DNA of 60,790 bases from a virus. The position numbers and the translations under genes were made by a program. Location: positions 1-60,790 of IMG/VR virus record IMGVR_UViG_3300005253_000580; one strand, written 5' to 3'. Every line of letters begins with the position of its first letter. Within the stretch, counting starts at the first letter, position 1. Positions 52,065-60,693 of the stretch are shown piece by piece. Under the pieces are notes generated by a model, which saw only the letters and a list, made by a program, of their open reading frames with translations, was not told where the DNA came from and made no database searches.

Positions 52065-53036
52065 TCACTGCGGCTTCGGCCCGTTCCCAACAATGATGTC
52101 TTGAGGCGGCACCCATATCTTCTTGATGTGCTGCGTATCCTGAATAGCCCCTCGGTACTGGTCTCGCGCCCCCGTCAGATTGGCAATCTGCTGATCAAGC
52201 TCATTGAGTTTCTGTTGAAGTTCGGTCTCACGAGCCTGGAGCTTCTGCTGGAATGCTGATTGCGCGATGCTCTGGTAGCCGTACAAGAACGCTGCCTTGA
52301 GGAGATCCGACTGTGCTGGGATGGTGACTTTGATACCCATGCCCCTTGCATAGCCGATGTAGTATTCGCAGCTAGGGCGCTGGCTTTGATATTCTGTATC
52401 ATGGGCCATATCCACTCCGAACACCCCGATCTCCTCAAACCCTTCCATCATCGCCAGAGCGATCATGTACGAGATGCTGTTCGTGAGGTATGGCTGCTCA
52501 GGATCGCCATAGCGGTGGATGATCTCGGTCAGTGGGTAGACCACCGATTGCGGGATATCCTCCCAGTGCTGCTGCATGTACACTGGCACGGTCATGGCCT
52601 GGAGCTTCTGAATGTGTTCGTGGGTACGGCCTTTGTCCGCCTCATAGATTTCTCTTCGGTGTAACTCGAACCAGCGAGTCCAGCGCGGGATGAGCATGTA
52701 GAGCTCATTGAGCCCCCATATCTCCCACTCAGGATCATCGAAGGGTGCGAGTTTCCACGACTCCGTAAAGCCCAGGACGGCCACCTTCGTGAGCTTCTTG
52801 GGTTCCGCGATAGGCGGCGGCTCCGTTCCCAGGAGCAACGCCTGGGACATCCCCGTTCGCGCTGGCTCAATTCCCACCCCTGCATCAATCGTGATCATGC
52901 CCTCTGACGCGCTCACTGTTACGTCTGTGCCTGTCGGCATCTCGCCTACCATTCTAATTTCCTCCTGCGCCTCTAGGGCGTCTTGAAACTCACCTAGATG
53001 ACGTTCGTACCCGTCGATTGAGCAAGAACAGTCCAT
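52065..53036 (-). CDS. Rossmann-type transferase-like protein, paralog B of 3806..4474, with a C-terminal coiled coil. Start may be the ATG at 52952.
   Basis: KVAVLGFT...EIWGLNE...RWFELH...NSISYMIALAMMEGFEEIGVFGVDMA...YARGMGIKV aligns with paralog A. Confidence 0.45.
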   Translation of the reverse strand: MDCSCSIDGYERHLGEFQDALEAQEEIRMVGEMPTGTDVTVSASEGMITIDAGVGIEPARTGMSQALLLGTEPPPIAEPKKLTKVAVLGFTESWKLAPFDDPEWEIWGLNELYMLIPRWTRWFELHRREIYEADKGRTHEHIQKLQAMTVPVYMQQHWEDIPQSVVYPLTEIIHRYGDPEQPYLTNSISYMIALAMMEGFEEIGVFGVDMAHDTEYQSQRPSCEYYIGYARGMGIKVTIPAQSDLLKAAFLYGYQSIAQSAFQQKLQARETELQQKLNELDQQIANLTGARDQYRGAIQDTQHIKKIWVPPQDIIVGNGPKPQ

Positions 53037-53821
53037 CTGGTGCTATTCAGCCCAATCAAATGAATCCATCCCGGTGCAGCGGCTAGACCAGTCGTGAAGG
53101 CGATGTGCGTGCTGCCAGCCGTAGTGAAGTCAGCCCCCGCCGAGCTTGAGGTGATCGTCACCGTCGCGGCAGTCGAGACAACAGATATCCACTTCACCAC
53201 ACCAGCAACCGGGGCATTAAGATCCACCGTCAGCGCAGTGGCTGCATAGATGGTGCTAATGCCATAGGCCGTCATTTCCGTCGTGCCGCCGCTCGTTATT
53301 GCCTCGACATACTGCTGATAGCCAGTGTTAGCAAGGATGCGTTGGCCTGAGATGGCACCACCAGCACCACCAGTGGTAGTGACGCTATCAAAGGTTCCTG
53401 CACCCGTGGAGGTCACCGCCGCGCCAGTGATAGTGCCCGTGGAGGTGACGGCATTGAATGTGCCGAGCCCCGTGGAAGTCACCGCGTTGAACGTGCCCGT
53501 TCCGGTGCTGGTGACGGCATCGAATTTAGCCGCGACCCCCGACCCTGTGGATGTGTAGCTGGCGCCAGTGCTTACGAAGCCGCCAACAGCATCAACTTCG
53601 CCCGTGGTGTTGATGTCTCCACCAATAAACCCACCTGCCGTACTGAGGTCGATAGTACCGCCGGTGGTAATGAGTTCTGAACCACCTACCTTGAGTACAC
53701 CACCCGACTCGATGTCGATCTCTCCGCCCGATTCAACGTCAGCAGAACCAGAGGAGGCGATGACGAAGCGGTCGCCACCTCTCTCCCGATAGGTACCCGG
53801 CTGGTACGTATTGTCTGCCAT
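52994..53821 (-). CDS. Gly/Ser/Thr-rich repeat protein in the head module (decoration/fibre candidate)
   Basis: Five 11-aa repeats: FDAVTSTGTGT, FNAVTSTGLGT, FNAVTSTGTIT, GAAVTSTGAGT, FDSVTTTGGAG (about 53365-53530). Lies two genes downstream of the MCP. Confidence 0.6.
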   Translation of the reverse strand: MADNTYQPGTYRERGGDRFVIASSGSADVESGGEIDIESGGVLKVGGSELITTGGTIDLSTAGGFIGGDINTTGEVDAVGGFVSTGASYTSTGSGVAAKFDAVTSTGTGTFNAVTSTGLGTFNAVTSTGTITGAAVTSTGAGTFDSVTTTGGAGGAISGQRILANTGYQQYVEAITSGGTTEMTAYGISTIYAATALTVDLNAPVAGVVKWISVVSTAATVTITSSSAGADFTTAGSTHIAFTTGLAAAPGWIHLIGLNSTRWTVLAQSTGTNVI

Positions 53822-53905
53822 AGCATTCTCCTTTGCTGCTCTGGGGCGAGGCCGAGGCTAGTGACCCCGCCCCAGATAGCGCTGTGCGCTCGGAGCGCTA
53901 GTTCG

Positions 53906-54358
53906 TTATGCGGTCCCCGTGCTGGGGCGGCTGTGGTACTCAGCACCGATCAGATCGGCGGTGCTGTGCGTGACCGGTGCCTCCTTCGGCAGGTAGCCGA
54001 GGGCGATGATGGAGTCAAAGACATCACTCGTGTTTACCGACACATAGACGAGACGCACCCACTGCTTCCCTGGCTTATACAGATCCAGGATCGCCACGCC
54101 ATCTTCAATGGTGGTGGTCATCGAGATTGAGGTTCCAGTGAGATCGGAGACCGCACTGGTACTGAAGCCAGAAGAGGCTGACTCCTGCAGCTTGATGCTC
54201 GCGCCGGTGGTTTGCAGGGTGCTCAGCGACACTAGCCAAGCGACCCCCGTATAGGGCGTGGTGTCGATGCCAGCGTCGTTTTTGTCGGCGGTGGTGCCCG
54301 TGACCTGGCTTGTGCGGTGAATGATAGCCACATTGCGCATCAGATTGTGCATTGCCAT
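53906..54358 (-). CDS. Hypothetical head-module protein immediately after the MCP
   Basis: 150 aa, Thr/Ser-rich. Confidence 0.5.
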   Translation of the reverse strand: MAMHNLMRNVAIIHRTSQVTGTTADKNDAGIDTTPYTGVAWLVSLSTLQTTGASIKLQESASSGFSTSAVSDLTGTSISMTTTIEDGVAILDLYKPGKQWVRLVYVSVNTSDVFDSIIALGYLPKEAPVTHSTADLIGAEYHSRPSTGTA

Positions 54359-54385
54359 TGTCGTTTCCTCCCTTCCCCTATGTGC

Positions 54386-55735
54386 TTAGGTGCTGATGTT
54401 CTGGAGACGGAGCCGCCAGTCCTCGACCAGCGCGCCACCGAACCGGATGCGGCCCAGCATGATAATCTGGTTCGTCTGGGCCAATAGCTCCTTGAGTATC
54501 TGGATCGTGAAGCCTACCCGCTGCACCAGGAAGTATCCGCTGAGGTCGCCGTAGATGATGGGCTTGTTGGAAGCGGTCGTGGCGTTCGGCATGAATTCCG
54601 AATAGAGGATCGGGATGCCCAGAAGATCGCCCCTCACCTTTGGCACTGACAAGCCGCCGGCCTCATCATTGTTTGACCAGAGATATCTACCATCACCATC
54701 CTTGAGTTTGAAGATCGTGCGACCAGTATTCAGCTTGTTCATGACAAAGACAGAGTTCTGGTCGTACTGGGGCGGTAGGTTGAAGGCCAGGTCCACAATG
54801 CCATCGCCCGTGAGCGTGGCGGTGGCACCAGAGTTGACGGCATTGGTGATGGCGTTGGCATTGACGAGGATGCCTTCGGGACGACTGGTCCCCGATCCCT
54901 GGATGATCATATCCTCAAAGAGGAGCTCAATCGTCTCGCTGAACTTCGCGGAGATGTATCCCATGATGTCGAACCCAGAGTCCTCAACCATGTCATTGGT
55001 GAGGACCAGTGACATCATTGCTGTCCAGATTGGGATACGCACCTGACCGAATACCGGCTCCGTGACTCGGTGAACCGTGGATGACGCAGGAATCTCACCA
55101 CTCCAGGTTATCCGCATACCAGTGGTGTACAGATCATCATCAGTCCAGGTGACTTTCGGGAAAGCCATTGAATCTCTACCCGTAGTCAGCCGCGTTACCC
55201 GACCAGCCATGACGGTTGGGGTCGGCTCCTTCTGGAGGACACGGTTCTGAATGTCTTCGGGCACAAGGTATCCACCAGACACATCAAGCCCCTCCTGCAG
55301 AACCTTGATGGCTTCGGGAGTCTGATTGCCCATCCAGCCCTTGGTGCGAACATATGCGCGTATAGCCGCCCCGTAATCTGGATGGCGGATCGCGGCCATC
55401 TCCTTGTCAGTCATCAGGGCAATGCCATCGGAACTAACCAGAACAGACTCTGGGTTATTCTCGACGAGCACACTACCATGTGGGCTGAATCCAACAACGG
55501 CAGCACTGCCCTTATTCGGGTCCGCAAGACTGATCCCACCACTGGACTGACGGGCGTAAGCCGAAAGGTCACCCGCTTTCCGCTGGGCCTCAATCTCTGC
55601 CTTGATGGGCTCAACCTCAACATGGATAGCCTCGATGCGCTCAGCATCCGCTACCCCAAAGTCCTCCTTGGCTGCGATAGCCTCGACCTCTGTCACGAGA
55701 GCGGCTAGCTTTTCCTGTGCGTCTTTTAGAGCCAT
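54386..55735 (-). CDS. Major capsid protein (HK97-type)
   Basis: Coiled-coil N-terminal delta-like region, then GGYLVPEDIQ and a long capsid core. Follows the prohead protease. Confidence 0.85.
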   Translation of the reverse strand: MALKDAQEKLAALVTEVEAIAAKEDFGVADAERIEAIHVEVEPIKAEIEAQRKAGDLSAYARQSSGGISLADPNKGSAAVVGFSPHGSVLVENNPESVLVSSDGIALMTDKEMAAIRHPDYGAAIRAYVRTKGWMGNQTPEAIKVLQEGLDVSGGYLVPEDIQNRVLQKEPTPTVMAGRVTRLTTGRDSMAFPKVTWTDDDLYTTGMRITWSGEIPASSTVHRVTEPVFGQVRIPIWTAMMSLVLTNDMVEDSGFDIMGYISAKFSETIELLFEDMIIQGSGTSRPEGILVNANAITNAVNSGATATLTGDGIVDLAFNLPPQYDQNSVFVMNKLNTGRTIFKLKDGDGRYLWSNNDEAGGLSVPKVRGDLLGIPILYSEFMPNATTASNKPIIYGDLSGYFLVQRVGFTIQILKELLAQTNQIIMLGRIRFGGALVEDWRLRLQNIST

Positions 55736-55747
55736 GAGTTTCCCCCC

Positions 55748-56995
55748 TTAGCTCAGATACTGTATGGCTGCCAACTTCAATTTCAATACCTGGACTCGCC
55801 TCAGCGCCATCTCGGCTTTCGCCGGGTCACTGTCGCGCAGGAGACCCTTGATAGTCTCGGTAGCGTTTGCCATATCTCCCAGGTACTCCTGGAGTGCATG
55901 ACGGTTGTCATCCGAGATAACCCGACCCTCTTTTGCGCGTCGCTCATGGAGGTCTTGCGTGCGCTCCACGAGTTCGGCGATGTATGTCTTTGTCGTGTCT
56001 ATCATCATGCCCATCGACATTGCCGCTGGTGTGGGCACGAAGACCGCTTCTACCTCTACGGGATCGCCAATACTGGTGACGTTGTTGTCTTCATCAAGGG
56101 TGAAGGGCACGCTGAAATGACGTTCGGCACCCTGATGTTCCAGGGCAACGATGGCGTGATCGCTGAACGTCGCCTCGACGTAGCAATAACCCTGGGGTTC
56201 AAAGGGGGACGCCCAAGCCATATGGGTATGGCATAGAGCCTGAATCTGTGAGCGCACATCTTCCCAAGAAGTCGGTGAATGAGCTGCCTTGGTAACGGAT
56301 TCCTCCTCGGTGATATCAACCCCCAACACGGCGCCAAGCGCCTCCTCAGTCTCAGGAAGCTCGACCCCTATCGCCTTGTAATGGCCCTTCACCTCTGCAA
56401 AGGCCACATCAGCCAGGGGGTTCGCAGGCGTCGGCGTCAAAGAACCCTCAACAATGGGCCAGCGCAGAATCTCGCCAGTCTTCGTATTGGCCTGCACTAG
56501 ATGCCGCATGGAGCCAGACGATAGGCCCAGCTTGCCCTGTTTGATAAGTTCCTTGATCGCCTCGTAATACTCGTTGGCGGCATCTAGCTGGGCCTTCATC
56601 CATTGCCCCAAGTCTGTCGGCGAAATAGCCTTGATGCGCCCAACGACAGTTATGCCCGTTCCATCGTCCAGGCCGTGCTGGTAGAGCAATGGACGCTCAG
56701 TGAACCAATCAAGGGCGAAGTCTGTCTTGGCAGAGAAGAACTCACCCATGAGATCCCTGCCATTGAAGGGACCACCATAGGGCGCTAGAAGCCCCTCGAT
56801 CTCAGTCTCACTGTTATCCAGGAACTTGACCGCCATCTTCGACTCCTGGGCGTTGAGCGCGGCTAGTTGCTGCTGCGCCTCCTGCTGGGTCGCATGGCAC
56901 CCCAACGACTCGCCCGCAGCGTCTCCATCAGCGCCCTGCCTGAAGACACACCACTCATCTTCTCTTTTCTCAATAGTCCAGGGCATGTTCACCAC
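55748..56995 (-). CDS. Prohead serine protease (S78-like) with a C-terminal scaffold-like extension
   Basis: PLLYQHGLDDGTGITVVGRI ... LIKQGKLGLSSGS fits the His...Ser arrangement of HK97-type proteases. Confidence 0.7.
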   Translation of the reverse strand: MVNMPWTIEKREDEWCVFRQGADGDAAGESLGCHATQQEAQQQLAALNAQESKMAVKFLDNSETEIEGLLAPYGGPFNGRDLMGEFFSAKTDFALDWFTERPLLYQHGLDDGTGITVVGRIKAISPTDLGQWMKAQLDAANEYYEAIKELIKQGKLGLSSGSMRHLVQANTKTGEILRWPIVEGSLTPTPANPLADVAFAEVKGHYKAIGVELPETEEALGAVLGVDITEEESVTKAAHSPTSWEDVRSQIQALCHTHMAWASPFEPQGYCYVEATFSDHAIVALEHQGAERHFSVPFTLDEDNNVTSIGDPVEVEAVFVPTPAAMSMGMMIDTTKTYIAELVERTQDLHERRAKEGRVISDDNRHALQEYLGDMANATETIKGLLRDSDPAKAEMALRRVQVLKLKLAAIQYLS

Positions 56996-57073
56996 ACAAA
57001 AAGACCAGACTCCTGAACCTTACGGTTTCAAGAATCTGGCCTCGCTGGGCCTTAGTTATTTAGTTGTACTTAT

Positions 57074-57103
57074 ATTTCACCCGATAGCGAGGGTGTCTGT
57101 CAA
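57074..57103 (-). promoter_or_regulatory. Possible promoter for the protease/capsid operon
   Basis: Minus strand reads TTGACA-18 nt-TGAAAT. Confidence 0.25.
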
Positions 57104-57228
57104 GTCTCTCACTTCCAAACAAAGAAACACCCCCCACCTGGGAGGATGTTCCGAGAGCCTGAAGGCCCGGGCGGCGATGCATGGTGACTATCCCTTGACA
57201 GCAAGGAGGTTGCCGCAAAGCAGGCCGA

Positions 57229-57278
57229 TTAAGAGAAAGGAGGGTGATGCCTTCCCCTGGAAAGTTTAGGCATCACCC
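57229..57278 (-). terminator. Putative intrinsic terminator (minus strand)
   Basis: Perfect 10-bp stem GGGTGATGCC / GGCATCACCC (17-nt loop) followed on the minus strand by TCCTTTCTCTT. Confidence 0.45.
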
Positions 57279-57335
57279 CTCAGAAAGGAGCATTATGGGA
57301 AGTAGTGGTAGGTATTATCCACTTAGACATTGATG

Positions 57336-57614
57336 CTAAGGAATGGCCGACAATTCAGGAGATTGCTGAGGCAATCGCTGGGTGGCATCAGGCATGGGCT
57401 GATGCCCACAACGCATGGGGCGCAGTTCCGGAGCCTGACCGTCTCGGAGTTCAGCCGCCCGCGCCAAATAGGAGACAACCGTAGGGTCTGGATACACGTG
57501 CACGTAATTGCCCTCTGTGTCCTGAACACAGAGAAGCAATTTTTCGCCCGTTAGTTTCTCGCTCAACGCTCCTACCATGTTGCACAGAGTAATCAGTAGC
57601 TGCCTATCCGTCAT
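57336..57614 (-). CDS. Hypothetical protein
   Basis: 92-aa ORF. RBS GAGGAGGTGA upstream of the ATG. Confidence 0.45.
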   Translation of the reverse strand: MTDRQLLITLCNMVGALSEKLTGEKLLLCVQDTEGNYVHVYPDPTVVSYLARAAELRDGQAPELRPMRCGHQPMPDATQRLPQQSPELSAIP

Positions 57615-57630
57615 CGCATCACCTCCTCAG

Positions 57631-57684
57631 ACTTTTGAGGCAAAAGCCCCACTTTTGGGGCAAGTGCTACTTCTGGGGCAAAGC
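57631..57684. promoter_or_regulatory. Three direct repeats ACTT(T/C)TG(A/G)GGCAA(A/G) spaced 20 and 18 nt (operator/iteron-like)
   Basis: acttttgaggcaaaag (57631), acttttggggcaagtg (57651), acttctggggcaaagc (57669), immediately upstream of the RBS of 57336..57614. Confidence 0.4.
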
Positions 57685-57727
57685 CGGCGTGCTTGTCGAG
57701 ACGTCCAGTTGTATGGAGTATAGCACA

Positions 57728-58399
57728 TCACGTCTCCCACTGGTAGACCTTTTGCAACAGCGTGCAGTGCGCCCGTTGGTGGTCGGGGATCTCGGCTAGA
57801 TCGCCCACCTCATTGGTGTCGTGGTTGAAGATGATTTCCTTGCGGATACGGTAGCCCGCCGCCAGGAAGGGGGAGATGTAGTCCGCCTTGAAAGTGAACA
57901 GCCCCTCCTGGTGGTGGTAGGGCACCTCGGTCGGTATCTCAGGGAGGAAGTCGCCTATGAGGAGGAAACCCCGGTTGGGCACACAGGAGTCTATAGATTC
58001 CAAGGACGCCATCATCTCAACTCTGTCTATCCAGTGGAAGACAAAATAGACGATGGTGAGATCAATATTGTGCGGCGCAAAATGCAGAGCGTCTGAGGCG
58101 GGTGCTATGCTAAGCAATGATACTGGCCACTGATAGCCATCTTGAATGGCGGCCTTTGACACATCAATACCGTAACCGTGACAGCCGTAACGTTGATAGA
58201 GTTTCCGCAAGCGCCAGCCATTCGCGCACCCAATCTCAAAGACAGTCGATCTGTGGTCGAGCGGCGGGATACCCTCGGCCAACAAGCGGAGCGGCATATC
58301 GTCTGCTTCTGCCCTGTCCAACGCTGCCTTGTTGCGGTGGAACCAAGCGTCCCCCTCACCGTTGCGGAATGCGTCACCTTGGTTCATGCCTGCACCCAC
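57728..58399 (-). CDS. Class I SAM-dependent methyltransferase (resembles pseudaminic-acid-biosynthesis-associated methylases; tentative)
   Basis: VFEIGCANGWRLRKL matches motif I. The N-terminal GDAWFHRNK-type segment resembles that family. Confidence 0.65.
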   Translation of the reverse strand: MGAGMNQGDAFRNGEGDAWFHRNKAALDRAEADDMPLRLLAEGIPPLDHRSTVFEIGCANGWRLRKLYQRYGCHGYGIDVSKAAIQDGYQWPVSLLSIAPASDALHFAPHNIDLTIVYFVFHWIDRVEMMASLESIDSCVPNRGFLLIGDFLPEIPTEVPYHHQEGLFTFKADYISPFLAAGYRIRKEIIFNHDTNEVGDLAEIPDHQRAHCTLLQKVYQWET

Positions 58400-58465
58400 C
58401 CCTAAGGCGGAGAACCTGACGTATCAGGAACTGGTAGGGCAGTCGTCGTAATTACCCGCTCAAAC

Positions 58466-59455
58466 TCAGTCTTGGTTATGGGATGTGCTTTCGGCTTCTG
58501 TTTTTTGGGCATCTTGCACCTCTAGGCTCTTAGGCCACCATCGGAACCCGAAACCTTGATATGGCAGCAATGTTCCCCGCAACCGATACCTATGCGGGCT
58601 AAGTTGCTCACGCCTTTCCCGATGTTGCATGCCGACTTCATAGGAGAAATTGTCTGGTATTTGCACTTCGACTTCAGGCTTTTCGGTTGCATGGATGATA
58701 ATGGTCACTTCTTGATCACTTGGCCGTCGCACTTGGATGGTCTCAGACCACACGGAAATTATCTCTTTAGGTGCGAAGTCTTTTATTTCATGTTCGAATT
58801 CTAATGACCAAACTGTTCTCGTTACGGGTAATTCAGAACCAGAAAATTCACACCGATTACCAGCACGCAGGTAGCCAACACGGATTATCTCTGACTGTCT
58901 AATGCCGTAATGGTACTCATCAATACTTCGTCGTATTTTCAGAGTTTGAGTATGAGAGGAAATATTCTGGATATCGTAAGAGGAATATTCCCTCAATAGC
59001 ACTGACGCTCCATCTAATATTTCTATCGTAAAACGATGATAATAGTTCCTTCGCACCATAGTTATGTTTGTTAACCAGGTCATTTCCCCGCGTATTGATG
59101 GGGGCAACAAGTAACCTAGAACTGCTCTTACTATATCATCCAATGCCTTCTGTCGTAGATATGATTCAAAGACAAGGCCAAGAACACAAGCTATGAGGAT
59201 CGCTATGCCAGTCTCTGCTAAGAGAAAGGCGAACCAAGCACCCTTATGTTCCCCCGTGATTAGGAGTGCTGCTAAGATCAGGACTAAACCTATGACCAGA
59301 GGGATCGCGAACCACTTCGACGCTTCCCTAAAGCTCATACTCCTGTATCCTTGTTGGCGTAGTAGGTTCCGCTGCTGAATGATATCATCCAACTCAGCAA
59401 TAGAGCCATGTTTGAATTCAGGCGGCCATGCGTCGAGCCAAGTATTATGCCGCAT
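58466..59455 (-). CDS. Low-GC membrane protein (two adjacent TM helices plus a roughly 220-aa C-terminal domain), function unknown
   Basis: WFAIPLVIGLVLILAALLITG and AWFAFLLAETGIAILIACVLGLVF. Hand counts of 60-nt lines give about 37-48% GC against roughly 60-70% in sampled flanking genes. Confidence 0.6.
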   Translation of the reverse strand: MRHNTWLDAWPPEFKHGSIAELDDIIQQRNLLRQQGYRSMSFREASKWFAIPLVIGLVLILAALLITGEHKGAWFAFLLAETGIAILIACVLGLVFESYLRQKALDDIVRAVLGYLLPPSIRGEMTWLTNITMVRRNYYHRFTIEILDGASVLLREYSSYDIQNISSHTQTLKIRRSIDEYHYGIRQSEIIRVGYLRAGNRCEFSGSELPVTRTVWSLEFEHEIKDFAPKEIISVWSETIQVRRPSDQEVTIIIHATEKPEVEVQIPDNFSYEVGMQHRERREQLSPHRYRLRGTLLPYQGFGFRWWPKSLEVQDAQKTEAESTSHNQD

Positions 59456-59512
59456 GGCGCGCCCGCGTGGTAGTGGCCAGTATACTACAACATGACGTTT
59501 CTGTGACGCTGT

Positions 59513-60472
59513 TCATGCTCCCTCCAACAGAGTTTTGAAAGCCTCGTTCGTCAACCACTGCTTATTGGTGTCCGAAGTGTAACTCCACATAGGCGGCATC
59601 ATTATCCCCTTGCCTTCCCATCCCGTCACATGAGATGGCAGAATAACGTAGCAAGAGCCAATGTCCAGGGCTTGTTCACCAGGCGCTACCATCGCCTCGT
59701 GTAATTTCTCACCCGGTCGAATGCCTATGATCTCTACCTCGGCATCCGGCGCGAGAGCCCACGCCACGTCCACCACACGCATGGATGGTACCTTCGGCAC
59801 AAAGACCTCGCCACCCTTCATGCGCTCCAGGCAGGCCAGAACGAACTCAACGCCCTGCTCCAGGGTGAGCCAGAACCGCGTCATGTCCTTGTGCGTGACC
59901 GTTACCCGCCCCGTCCTGGCCTGCTCCTGGAACAGAGGCGCAACGCTTCCACGGCTACCGATGACGTTTCCGTATCGGGTACAGGCGAATGCTGTCAGAC
60001 GGTTCGGGCCACGGTAGGAGTTGGCCTGAATCAGCAGCTTCTCCATGACCAGCTTCGTTGCACCATAGAGGTTGAGTGGTGCAACGGCTTTATCCGATGA
60101 CAGCCCTAGTACCTTCCCTACACCGCAATCCAGGGCTGCCTCTACAAGGTTCAGAGTGCCGATGATGTTCGTCTTGACTGCCTCTGCCGGGTTGTACTCA
60201 GCCGCAGGCACCTGCTTCAGCGCAGCGGCGTGGACTACTATATCCACACCCTCCAGAGCTCGTCGTAGCCGAGCCTCATCCCGCACATCACCGATGAAAT
60301 AACGCAGCGGATCAGCATCACCAAACCGACGCCTCATCTCCTCTTGTTTCAACTCGTCTCGTGAGTAGATAATGAGGCGTCGGGGGCCTAGCGGCAGTGC
60401 CATCTCAGTGAACTTCTGTCCGAAGCTCCCTGAGCCGCCAGTGACCAGGACACTCAACCCCTCCAGGTTCAT
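59513..60472 (-). CDS. pseB: UDP-GlcNAc 4,6-dehydratase (inverting), PseB/FlaA1/CapD-like
   Basis: VLVTGGSGSFGQKF, IIYSRDELKQ, FIGDVRD, VVHAAALKQVPAAEYNPAEAVKTNIIGTLN. Confidence 0.85.
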   Translation of the reverse strand: MNLEGLSVLVTGGSGSFGQKFTEMALPLGPRRLIIYSRDELKQEEMRRRFGDADPLRYFIGDVRDEARLRRALEGVDIVVHAAALKQVPAAEYNPAEAVKTNIIGTLNLVEAALDCGVGKVLGLSSDKAVAPLNLYGATKLVMEKLLIQANSYRGPNRLTAFACTRYGNVIGSRGSVAPLFQEQARTGRVTVTHKDMTRFWLTLEQGVEFVLACLERMKGGEVFVPKVPSMRVVDVAWALAPDAEVEIIGIRPGEKLHEAMVAPGEQALDIGSCYVILPSHVTGWEGKGIMMPPMWSYTSDTNKQWLTNEAFKTLLEGA

Positions 60473-60693
60473 GCGCTAAACCGAATGCCAAGGGATGTCG
60501 TTGACGGGAAGTCTGCTTTGACTGAGAGCACCAGAGCGCCAGTATCGCTAACATCCATATGATTTATCGTGTTGCAATCATCACACTTGGTCTCAATGAC
60601 GGTACCCGGACCAAGGCTGTAAATATGATTGAACTTGTTGCCGCAATTGAAACAGCGATACTCCCAATACCCCGTTGAGTTCTCAACCATCAT
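60469..60693 (-). CDS. Small zinc-ribbon protein spanning into the terminal repeat
   Basis: CFNCG...CDDCN. 4-nt overlap with the pseB start. Confidence 0.5.
   Translation of the reverse strand: MMVENSTGYWEYRCFNCGNKFNHIYSLGPGTVIETKCDDCNTINHMDVSDTGALVLSVKADFPSTTSLGIRFSA

Noticed and set aside
53822-53905. GC hairpins (ctggggcg...cgccccag; gcgct-ccg-agcgc) between the post-MCP gene and the S/T-rich repeat gene, considered as a terminator.
   Set aside because: No U-tract on the coding (minus) strand. It may modulate expression, but there is not enough evidence to call a terminator.
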